Origin: Naegleria gruberi
Taxonomy: Eukaryota
Length of the DNA stretch: 64,000 bases
NCBI GenBank assembly: GCA_000004985.1
Contig: GG738867.1
Reading direction: 5' to 3' (one strand)
Part shown: piece by piece, positions 54,320 through 64,000 of the stretch
Layout: each line of letters opens with the position of its first letter
Position numbering within the stretch: the stretch's first letter is position 1
Position numbers and translations under genes: made by a program
The notes under the pieces: model-generated
Database searches by the model: none
What the model was told of the DNA's origin: nothing
Seen by the model: only the letters and a program-made list of their open reading frames with translations

Positions 54320-56833
54320 TTGTTTTATGGTGTTGGAAGAATTATCCAACAAGACAAAAAAATGGAACTTAAAGATGGTTACTTTCCTTCTTCCAATGGT
54401 TCCGATTTTACATCATTAGCAAAGTTGCAACGTTTTTCACCCATTTCTGTCTCATTCAATGTATTAATTTGCTTTGATTCAAAATATGAGACCGAAGTGA
54501 GTGTAAAGAAACATCAACTATCCGATGAAACAAATTTACTGGTAAGTATTAATCCACACCAAAATAATTTATTATTGATTGACTAATTTATTATTATATT
54601 ATTGAAAATAGGTAGAAACTCTTTCATCCAATCACCATTTAAAAAATTGTGAATATTTACTGCCAATCTATGAGTGCATTCCAGATGATGTTGATTCATA
54701 TTTTACTATTTCTCCCTATTGTAAAGAAGGTGATCTAGAAGAATGGATTCGTAGGAATGAATTTTCTCTGCAAAAACCCATTCCTCCCGAAACTATTCTT
54801 CTCATCCTCTATCAGGTTGGCATTGGTATTGATACGCTCCACCACTCAAATATTATTCACAGAGATTTGAAATTGAAAAACATTTTCGTTAGGGAGTATG
54901 ATCCAAACACAGGATATATCAAAATAATGATTGGAGACTTTGGTGATGCCAAACAAATGGAAAAGAGTTACTATGAATCGTCTGGTACCAAAACTTTTAA
55001 TGATTCACCTCCAGAAATAATAGACCAATGGAAGCAAAACAAGAAGGATGTTAAGTGGACAAAGAAAGCCGACTTATGGGGCATTGGTTGTGTGTTGTTT
55101 AGGTTATTGACATTTGATTTGGTATGTTGAGAATAGTTGTTTCATTAACACAGAAAAGACTTCTCCACTTCATGATATTATTTTCGATGATGCTAATGAC
55201 AATTGGATTGTAAATCTTTGTAACAGATTTGTATGTAGTTTTAATAATCAATTATTTCAAAATAATCATTGACAAGTAGCAACTCGATGACTTGTTTGTG
55301 AAATTACTATACTACACCTTACAACCAATCTACTCACAGAGAGGAGGATCTGCTAGTTTTTTGGAAAGGGTATTATTGGTTTTAACCCAAAAAGGTTGTC
55401 ATATACGTGATGAAAAAAGTGGGCTGATTAATGGTATTAGCAAAGCATTTAACGAAAATACAACTGAATTGATAAAGCAACAAACTCTCGATATTAGCAC
55501 TTTCATGGGAATGAGAGAGGACTATTTGAGAAAATTGGCAATATCAATCATAGACAATGATTTGGAAATATTAGAAGAAGTTCCTCATGCATTGGAAAAA
55601 GGAGATTCTTTTTACCAACAGAAACTAATTATTATGCTTACTACTAATGATTTGAAAGATGAGAAAGGGATGGAAGATATTTTTGAAAAATCAATTCAAT
55701 TATTTCCAAAATGTATTTATCTATCCAAATTATCATGTTCCCTTTTCTTCATGCTTGAAAAATATGAAAAATCATTATTATATATTGAGAAAGTAACATG
55801 TAATTCTGTTTTTAAACTAAATTATGAAGACTGGATTACCTGCTATGACATGAAATCAAATATTTATGCTATTCAGGAAAAATGGGATGAAGCATTATCG
55901 ATTGCAGAATTTATTCTTTTGGAATTGGCAGTTAGGAAAAGTAATTGTATTCCAAAGCACGTTATTGCTTTAAATAGAGCTGAATTGTATTTTAATAAGA
56001 AAGATTATGACCAATGTATTGAATCATGTACATTTGTAATTGACACATTTGAGAACCTTCATTCTGTAGAGGATGAGAAAAATGCCCACCTTGTAGCATA
56101 TACTTTGGCTGCTAAAGCATATGGAGAAAAAGGAGATCAGTATAATTGCTTTAGATTCATCCAGGTAGCTCATTCTACTAATGAAAGAGACTGCACAATT
56201 CTAATTATCAGAGCACAGTTATATATCAAGTTCAATCAGATTGAGTCTGCACTCGATAGTATTTTGAAAGCAATATCTATACAACCTCAAACAAGGGAAT
56301 ACTACGAGCTTGCTTTAACTGTGTTTAAAATGTGCAAAAATGTAAACATGACCACTTTATGTTCTGAACTGATTACCAAATTGGATAATAGAAAAGAGAT
56401 TACCAACTCAGACCTGAGTTTATTACTTAAATTAGAAACAAAATCTACTATTGAAACCATCAAACAAGATTCCTCTCATAATACTGTTTCACCTCTAAAT
56501 GCTATTGTAAAAACCAAAATCACTTTGAGCACTCTACGTGGAACCACTGTTAAGGTGGAATGCACTGACATTGAAGGTATCATCAAAGAATGCAGACATA
56601 AATTATTGAACGATAAGTTGGAAATAATTGTAAACATGAAAGAAAAGACTAGAATTGACTATATCGAAGATTTGGACCCCTCAATTAATTACACAATTTT
56701 AACAGTTGAAGAATTCAAGGATTTAGACGCGAAACAACCTCCTTCCAACACAAATTCAATCCTATTATCCTCCATGGCAGCTCTTTCTTTCCTTGCTGCC
56801 GCAACCTCCTATTTATTCATTGTAAGGAAATAA
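54320..56833 (+). CDS. Protein kinase domain fused to C-terminal TPR-like repeats (paralogue 1, Gly-loop degenerate). Three exons: 54320..54541, 54612..55121, 55280..56833.
   Basis: IIHRDLKLKNIF, IGDFGDAK, SGTKTFNDSPPE and DLWGIGCVLFRLL. Introns are GTAAGT..ATAG (70 nt) and GTATGT..GTAG (158 nt). In exon 1, SPISVSF replaces the GxGxxG loop. Confidence 0.55.
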
Positions 56834-56839
56834 AAAAAA

Positions 56840-59075
56840 ATGTCATTGCTCCTCTCGTCATATTCTCGCTTCCAAAATGTTGAGATGATTGGTGCTGGGT
56901 CTGGTGGGACTGTTTTCCGTGCTTTTGATCAAGAAATTGGAAAACAAGTGGCCATCAAAGTGACTAAAAGTATTCAAGAAATGAAAATTGTAAGTAAATT
57001 CTTGTTACATTGTAATCAATGGACAATAATTTAATATATTATATTAATAGTATAATTATATTAAAACAAACAATATTCAAAATAATTACCTGGTTGAAAT
57101 TTATGATCATTTACAGAGTGGTGACGATGACTCTATTATTGTGATGGAGTATTTTCGAGAGGGAAATTTAGAAAATTGGTTGAAACAAAGAAAGAAACCT
57201 CTCAGTTGGCTCTTAATTTATAGTATCCTATTGCAATTAACATTCGGAATACACTACTTGCATTCCAATAAGATTTTTCATAGAGATTTAAAGTTGAGTA
57301 ATATTTTGGTGGTGGAGGAGGTTTGTGAACACATGGTGAGAGTAAAGATTGCAGATTTGGGATTATCGAAAATAGTGGATCATGATACAATCAAGCACTC
57401 CAAGGTTGGAACTCACTATTATCTTCCACCAGAAGTCAGACAACAAACCACTGAAGAAATTATACCAGAGAAAATTGATATTTGGAGTTTTGGAATTCTG
57501 GTTTTCAGATTATTGTCCAGAGATTTTACGTATGATGTGGCCAGCAAGTTGGTCAATAGTAAGGAGAAGGATTTTTGTGAGGATGTACTGATGAAGATGA
57601 TTCAGAATAATGAAAATGTTGATTGTGGGGTTGTGACTAATTTTGTAACATTTCTCACACCAACACTCAAATTGAAACCAAGCGAAAGGTATAATTCACT
57701 GGATTTATTCGATTTATGTTTCAATATTCCAAATAATGAGTCGTATGTCGATCAAGATACTATTGACCTACTTGTTGATTGTAGAGTTGATCCTTTGATA
57801 ATTGGAATTTGTTACTTTTCTCTCAAACAGACAGAAAAATCAATTCACTATCTCGAAAAAGTATTAGAGAACAAAACAGAAAATAACAATAGTGCAGAGA
57901 AGGGCTTTGCATGTGCAATCATGGCCTTTATAACACTGTTCAATGGTAAAAACAGAACCATTGTTAATTCAGAGAAAGAATACAAAGTCAATCCTGACTT
58001 TTTGAGATATATTGAATATGTGGAGAAATATTCAATTACTTTCAAGCTGTATCATTTGTTAAAATCAAAGCAATATTTTATGAGCCAGCATTATGAAAAA
58101 TCTATAGAACATGCAGACCAATGTATAGAACATATTGGCTCTGCCTCTAGTTTGAAAGCTTGTTGCTTGCATGGTTTAGGTTATTATGATAAAGCACTTG
58201 AGGTTATGAAGAAAATCAACCCAAAAACTGAAATGGATTACAGAAACATGTCATATATTTATTTGGTTGAATATCAAAATTATGAGGAGGCTTTAAAGTG
58301 TGCAAATAGTGCACTAGAACTCAATCCAGGAGTTCCTGATTTTTATTTACTGAAAGTATGCTGCCTCGCAAGTGCTGCTCCAAGTGAGGCTCTTACTTGT
58401 TTGAAGAATGCTCGAAAATTAATTGGAAAAGTAGGTGTATATTACTATCACAAGGGGAGAATCTATTTGAATATGGGGAGATTGGAAATGGCTCTTTCTA
58501 AATTAAATAAGGCCCAAGAATTAGGTGAGGAGAGTATGAATTTGATTGCAGTTTTGGAAATGGCATTGGGTAGATTACCTGAAGCTCTTATTTCAATCAA
58601 TAGATATTTAGAAAAGTATCCAAATAATATTACAGCCCATAACAACAAGTTCAAGATATTAATCATGCAAAATTTGACAGAGGAGGCGAAAATTGAGCTA
58701 GAATTAATTGAACATCTCAAACGTCTCAACATCAAAACTGAAAAAACCATCAAACAACAATTGTATTTTGAAAATGACAAACCTCCCATCTCAAACATCT
58801 CAAACACGAATATTAAGGAGTGTTATTTTGTTTCCAAAAACCATACCTTCAAAAGAAAGATTAAATTTAACTCTGTGGAAGATCTTTTGAAGCAATGCAG
58901 AAAAGAATTTCAAGACGAAACAATCACCACTTTTATTGACGAAAATTCACAAGTATGTGATTTAAAATTTGGAACTTTTATACATGGAAAAACCTATACT
59001 GTTACTGGTGATTTGTATATGGAACAAACTTCATATATGAGCTCGCTAATGAATTATCTTTTCCAAAAACGGTAA
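56840..59075 (+). CDS. Protein kinase plus TPR-like repeat protein (paralogue 2, catalytic motifs intact). Two exons: 56840..56989, 57051..59075.
   Basis: IGAGSGGTVFRAF, VAIKV, LVEIYDH...IIVMEY, IFHRDLKLSNIL, IADLGLSK, THYYLPPE and DIWSFGILVFRLL. Intron GTAAGT..AATAG is 61 nt. The C-terminal about 450 aa are helical TPR-like repeats. Confidence 0.7.
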
Positions 59076-60973
59076 ACAACAAAGGCCAAAATTGAAATAG
59101 TGCCTACTATTACATATGGGCTTATTGAACTCGATTCAGCTACTACACTGTATGTTTCATCTTCAATAATTTCATCAAATGCTTGGCATTTGGTTGCTCC
59201 TAAATGAATGGAAATAATTTTACGTTTGAATAACTTGCTGGCTTTCTCCATTAAATTTTCCATAGAATCTGAACGAATACAATGAATATAAGGGTGTCCC
59301 TCTAATCTCAGCTTTACATCCTTTTCAATAAACTTTCCTACAACGGTTTCTCTGTTGGCATTCTTATCCATTTGTTGAATATTATTGGAAGCCTCCACTA
59401 TATTACCCATTTCAAGTAGAATATTACTTCTTATTTCATTACTAAATTTGCAAGTGGGAATTTTCTGAAGATGATTATTGATTGATGAAAGAGCTTGGTC
59501 ATATCTTTTCAATTTTTGATAACATTGAGCTAGTAGTAAATCAATTTTGTTTTGAGGTATCTTAACCATCAAGAATTCCTCCAAAGCTTGCTCATAACTA
59601 CCAATAGCTCTATAAGTTTTTCCTTTCAAATAGTGGCATCTTGATTTGTCAAATTCTCTTTCAGATTCCTTCAGTACAGTATCGTAAATATCCAAAGCTT
59701 CTCCAAATCTTTTCAAGTGAGCGAGTGTCTTCCCCTTCCCCAATAAAATATTAAAATAATTTTTGTGAATTCTTAAATTGTAATTATCCAATGCAAAATT
59801 AAAATCTTCAAGTGCATTTGCAAATTCTCGAGTCTTATACCTACACTGTCCTCTATTGATATATACAGTATCTTCATCCAATCCATCACGAATAATAGAA
59901 TTGATATCTAATATTGCTTCAGAATATTGCTTACTCATTGCCTTGTAGGAACTCAATAGTATTCTTGGTCTCCTTTCACAAGGCTTTAATTGTGTAACTC
60001 TCTTGAGATATGCTAATACCTTTGCTGTGAATCCAGAATTGACAACTTGAATTTGACCACTAAGGAAATATACCAAATACCCTCCATTTTTCAAGTGTAT
60101 GTCTATTAATCGAATAATATCAGGTTCAAAACTTGATGCCAATTGTTCTGCGTCTATTTCTGGATTTTCAGCTGCATTGAAAACTTTGAAAAGCATTGAA
60201 TATAAAATCATTAAATCAAATATATCACCCTCTCCCAAAAACATTCTCAATTCTCTATTATTGATTACATTGTAAAATATCAAATCTTCTCTACCAACAG
60301 GAATTGAAACGTTCTCTCCACTCTCTGGGTGCAAGAATGCAATAACATTTAATTGTCTACAAATATCCTCAAAAAGTATAGAACTATTCACTCTCAAAGA
60401 TGGTTCAGGTTGAAGAGTTCCTTGTAAAATAATAATGAAAAAATTATCTTGTAGAGGTGTCAGCTTTTCTCTAATGATTTTCAACCATAATCTTTCATCC
60501 TCATCAATAGGAATAAAATTGGTTGACTGTATAATGAAAAGGTTATACACAAATTGATCCAACTATTGAAAACCTACCAATTTCAATAATTTCATGAGTA
60601 TTAAACCGACACACCACACGTCAACCTTCATCAATTGCATCTCTCTAGTCTCCTCATCATTCGTCATATGTAAGAGACCCTCCACTTCCTTTGGCTTGAT
60701 TTGTGAAAATTCTTCAATGGCCAACAAATGACTTTTAATATTTTCTCTCTCGTCCAAAGTGTCAAATTCTAACGAATCAATCAAAGGAATTCCTTCCTCC
60801 TTTTTAATAATTAATTTTAACAAATTCAAGTGTGCCTTTCCAACATTATGATGGTATTTATGTAAAAATAGAATTAATTTATAAATTAAATGGATGATGG
60901 TGATAGGATCATGATTGTTCTCTTTGGCAGTGTTGATAAATTCCTCCAATGTAAATCTTTTCATTTTTTTCAA
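59054..60973 (-). pseudogene. Truncated and degenerate member of the same kinase-TPR family (pseudokinase or pseudogene).
   Basis: Only C-lobe-like sequence is present (HHNVGKAHLNL in place of HRDLKxxN; VDVWCVGLILMKLL). The N-lobe is absent. An in-frame TAG (...KLVGFQ*LDQFVYN...) separates ORF-track pieces 60563..60973 and 59054..60562. The TPR-like tail is conserved with paralogue 2. Confidence 0.5.
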
Positions 60974-61029
60974 TAAAACAATTTCGCATAGAAATATTAG
61001 ATTGCAAGGTTTTCTTCATATTGTAAAGT

Positions 61030-63204
61030 TTATTTCTCTGATTCAAGGAAGGAATTGATGATATCAGTAAACTGAGAAGGAAATTCTCGTCTCTTTGCAA
61101 GTAATTCCAATGTTTCAGGTATTATTTTCTCATGCAATAAATCTAGACTTGGTCCATTAGAAGATTTCACTGTAAAGCACAATTTGGCATTGTATCCTTT
61201 TTCATTAATACATTGTCCAAACAATTGTCGTAATTGGTAGAAATACGTATAATCACAATCCATAAAAGTCATTGAAACTCTGTCAATAATAAATATGGTT
61301 TGCAATCTCTTTTCAGTTATTTCAATAATTTTGCTTTCTTTTCTAGTACCATCGATAGTGATTGAAACTTTGATTTTCTTTCCTGGTCTTTGTAACAATT
61401 CAATAAGTGACTTATTAGACATTTCTTCATAATCTTTGATAAATATTGAGCAAGCACCGAACCAATTCTTAATGGCCTCTTGTTGTATTTCAGGATGTGA
61501 TGTAAGGATATCCATATTAATCCATCTTATAGCCTTTGGTGCATATTTTACAATCTCTAAAGCATAATCCTTATTGCTAGATATAAACTTTGACACTTTT
61601 TGGAGACTTGTAAAAGGATCTTTTTTAAGAATTGCGATAATAATGTCCATTGAGTGTATGTACTCTTTAGGAATTGTGCTAATATTGTCTCCTCCTTTGA
61701 TGGAAGCAAGAACCATTTCTTTATCAATCTCAATACTACTATCAATTTCTGAAATGCTGAAACCTCTCCTCAAACAGTCTAAAATCAGCTCTCTATCGAT
61801 TCCAATGATATCCTTATATTCCTTTTTAAAAAGATACTTGAGAATGGATGGATTGACTCTTAGAGCCTCTTTAAGGAATTCCTTATCATGTCTCAATGAC
61901 TCATCCAATATCTTGAATAATTTTCTTTCCTGACGGCAATATTTCAACAGCCCTCTATTCTTCAAGAATTCACTGTCAACTTTGAGAGAAATATTCTTGG
62001 ATATGAATTCAGTGTCTATGGTAGTACTAACTTCTATTAACTTGCAGAATAAGTCGAAACTATTGAAAAAGCGATCATCCAAACATGCACAAATATCATC
62101 ACTTTCTACATCATGGCACAGGTACGATATGTCATAATCACGGGTTGTGCACGCCTTTACAATTTCCCAAGGCACAAATCCTATTTTTCCCTCAGCTTCT
62201 CCTTGATCCCAAGGGTAATCTGTATACTTTGAATTGGAAACCTTCGCTTTTTTTAATCCAATAATGTCAATGAGATTGCATGCTACTAAATATTCATCAT
62301 CAAATCCCAAATATCCCACCATTTGTTGTAATTGCAACACTAAAATTCCCTTATCACCTGGAACAAGGGAAACCCAATAATCACTTCTATAATTACAATT
62401 TTCAAAACTTGGATATGATAAACCTCCATAAAAAGAGCATAACAATTCCTTCTCCTTCCTTTGGAAACGGATAATATTTCCATTATTAGAAACTAGGAGA
62501 AATCTATTTGAGGATGTTGTGATTTTACACAGCTTCATATTGTCCATCTCAATAAACTCTACACAATTTGATATCTTTTCTCTGGTAATTTGAATTTCCT
62601 TTACCTCCTCATCTTGTTCATCTTTATCATCTTGGTCATTTTCTTCATCCTCTCCTTCATCTTCTTGATCATCTTCTTCATCTTCCTCTTCCTCTTCATC
62701 TTCTTCTTCTTCATCGTCATGTTCCTCTTCGTTTTGCTCTGTTTCATCATCTCCATCATTTTCATCTTTCCCTTGCTCATCTGTGACCATCATTGCATTC
62801 ACTTCCTCATCCATTTTCAATACCTTCAACAATCTTAACCAATATGCCAATGAATGATATTCATTCTCTGGATTACACTCTACAGACCAAGTCCATGTCA
62901 ATTTTCCTGAACAAATCTTGTTATTCCATAGAGTATCAACCCACTCCTTCAGCAAAAGTATGATCTTCTCACGGGAAAAGTACAAATCGTGCCAATCTTT
63001 ACACACCACAGCAAGTGATGGCAAATCCTTTGGTGAACAAAACTTGAATATATGACCCAATACAAATGGATCATATCGACAAACGAGAATATTTAGAGGT
63101 TTCTCCAATAATTGATTGGATTTTTGCTTTTTTGATGATGACAACGAGAGAGAGTTATCTTCCGAAGAGGTTCGCTTCATTTGGTGTTGGGAATTAGTAG
63201 ACAA
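61030..63204 (-). CDS. F-box-like protein with a long poly-acidic (D/E) tract.
   Basis: N-terminal F-box-like FVLGHIFKFCSPKDLPSLAVVCKDWHDL. About 60 aa run of D/E (DDETEQNEEEHDDEEEEDEEEEEDEEDD...). 724-aa uninterrupted ORF. Confidence 0.5.
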   Translation of the reverse strand: MSTNSQHQMKRTSSEDNSLSLSSSKKQKSNQLLEKPLNILVCRYDPFVLGHIFKFCSPKDLPSLAVVCKDWHDLYFSREKIILLLKEWVDTLWNNKICSGKLTWTWSVECNPENEYHSLAYWLRLLKVLKMDEEVNAMMVTDEQGKDENDGDDETEQNEEEHDDEEEEDEEEEEDEEDDQEDEGEDEENDQDDKDEQDEEVKEIQITREKISNCVEFIEMDNMKLCKITTSSNRFLLVSNNGNIIRFQRKEKELLCSFYGGLSYPSFENCNYRSDYWVSLVPGDKGILVLQLQQMVGYLGFDDEYLVACNLIDIIGLKKAKVSNSKYTDYPWDQGEAEGKIGFVPWEIVKACTTRDYDISYLCHDVESDDICACLDDRFFNSFDLFCKLIEVSTTIDTEFISKNISLKVDSEFLKNRGLLKYCRQERKLFKILDESLRHDKEFLKEALRVNPSILKYLFKKEYKDIIGIDRELILDCLRRGFSISEIDSSIEIDKEMVLASIKGGDNISTIPKEYIHSMDIIIAILKKDPFTSLQKVSKFISSNKDYALEIVKYAPKAIRWINMDILTSHPEIQQEAIKNWFGACSIFIKDYEEMSNKSLIELLQRPGKKIKVSITIDGTRKESKIIEITEKRLQTIFIIDRVSMTFMDCDYTYFYQLRQLFGQCINEKGYNAKLCFTVKSSNGPSLDLLHEKIIPETLELLAKRREFPSQFTDIINSFLESEK

Positions 63205-63469
63205 AATCTATGCTTTTTTTTATCAAAACTTTCAAAGTGAACAAACAGCTCTCAATGTTGGTGGTTGTGACTAGAAAGAACATTTTAAAAATCCAAAGAA
63301 AATTGGAAAATGTGGAAAGGTTGTTTGTTACCTTACTCCATGACGGCAAAGCCAAATGACAAAGGCCAATTGGTCAAGTTTACAAATTTCAATTTTTTTT
63401 TGAAAAATTATTAAAAAAAATATTTTGATATTTTTAACGGTTTTTACAGTAATCGACTTTTTTCAAAAG

Positions 63470-64000
63470 ATGGAAAGAAGAGTGAATGCACTACACAATG
63501 ATGACTATGAAGAGGTCAACCAAAAAGGATACGGAAGTGATCAGAGTTTTGATCCTGATGAAGATAAAACAACTTCCAACAAGCAAGAAGAAGAAGAACA
63601 ATTAATTACCAACAATCCATCATCATCCACCACAGATAATAAGAACACAACTGTTGTTGTTGCTGAAGAATCTGCAACGAACGGAAAGCCAAAGAGACAA
63701 AGAAAAAAGAAGAATCCTGCTAAGAAGACTTCTAATAATCAACAACAATCAACAAACAATGAAGATGAAGATGACATTCAATATGTAGAAGTGGAGGAGA
63801 ATGCAGTTGAAGTTATCAGTACAACGGAAGGAACACAAGTCAAAAAGAAGAAGAAAAAGAAGAAGCCAACTCCTCCAACAACTAGTAGCGACAATAACAC
63901 ATCAGCAGATAATTCTTCATCCAATACTAATCCTAAACCAGTAACAACAACAGGTAACCAACAAAGTACTGCTGATAAGAAGAAGAATAATGGAAAGAAT
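63470..64000 (+). CDS. Hypothetical Lys/Glu/Asn-rich protein, 3'-partial (runs off the window).
   Basis: ATG at 63470. Open frame to the window end. Alternating acidic and K-rich blocks (KKKKKKKKPTPP). Confidence 0.35.
   Translation, partial: MERRVNALHNDDYEEVNQKGYGSDQSFDPDEDKTTSNKQEEEEQLITNNPSSSTTDNKNTTVVVAEESATNGKPKRQRKKKNPAKKTSNNQQQSTNNEDEDDIQYVEVEENAVEVISTTEGTQVKKKKKKKKPTPPTTSSDNNTSADNSSSNTNPKPVTTTGNQQSTADKKKNNGKN

Noticed and set aside
60551-60580. GTAGGTTTTCAATAG 15-mer that looks like a donor plus acceptor around the in-frame TAG of the kinase-family copy.
   Set aside because: 15 nt is far below any spliceosomal intron in this window (minimum about 38 nt). It is treated as a coincidence, and the TAG as a genuine pseudogene lesion or a sequencing error.
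1-64000. Prokaryote-style elements: CRISPR arrays, operons, rho-independent terminators, rRNA, insertion sequences or transposases.
   Set aside because: None were seen. There are no direct-repeat/spacer arrays, no transposase or integrase-like ORFs, and no rRNA-like stretches. The gene structure is eukaryotic with spliceosomal introns.

Overview
This window is nuclear DNA from an AT-rich eukaryote, not a prokaryote. Three lines of evidence support this: spliceosomal introns with GT..AG boundaries, six RNA polymerase III-type tRNA genes, and gene content typical of eukaryotes.

The introns I could reconstruct are short, about 38-170 nt, and their donors are GTATGT, GTAAGT or GTAGGT. They sit in a NEK-like kinase, Mago nashi, Vps51, a Sec7-domain ArfGEF, an EF-hand/beta-trefoil gene and two TPR-kinases. 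The tRNA genes are Asn-GUU, Ser-CGA, Ser-UGA, Ser-AGA, Gly-UCC and one 5'-degenerate Ser-UGA copy. Recognisable proteins include EB1, Derlin, Nudix, Mago nashi, Vps51 (GARP complex), a BIG/Sec7 ArfGEF, a myosin motor, a dual-specificity phosphatase, an HMG-box protein, a CDP-alcohol phosphotransferase, BTB and F-box proteins.

Gene density is high, roughly one gene per 1.5 kb on both strands. Many proteins carry Ser/Asn/Thr/Gln-rich low-complexity tracts. The composition and repertoire (TPR-kinase expansion, BTB, HMG-box, secreted LysM protein, short fungal-type introns) are compatible with an early-diverging fungus, but that assignment is only a low-confidence inference.

No CRISPR array, operon, rRNA or recognisable transposon was found. 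There is one assembly gap (50 N) inside a hydrolase gene.

The most unusual loci are:
- a tail-less myosin motor with degenerate ATPase motifs, placed directly upstream of a giant coiled-coil gene that carries internal mosaic duplications;
- a tandem pair of secreted proteins, one a Lys/Cys-rich repetitive protein and the other ependymin-like;
- a secreted LysM protein;
- two paralogous peroxisomal (PTS1 -SKL) alpha/beta-hydrolases, each flanked at its 5' end by a tRNA-Ser gene;
- a tandem array of TPR-kinase paralogues that includes a pseudogene;
- a candidate 3-nt micro-exon in a kinase catalytic loop;
- an apparent homopolymer frameshift in a glycoside hydrolase gene.
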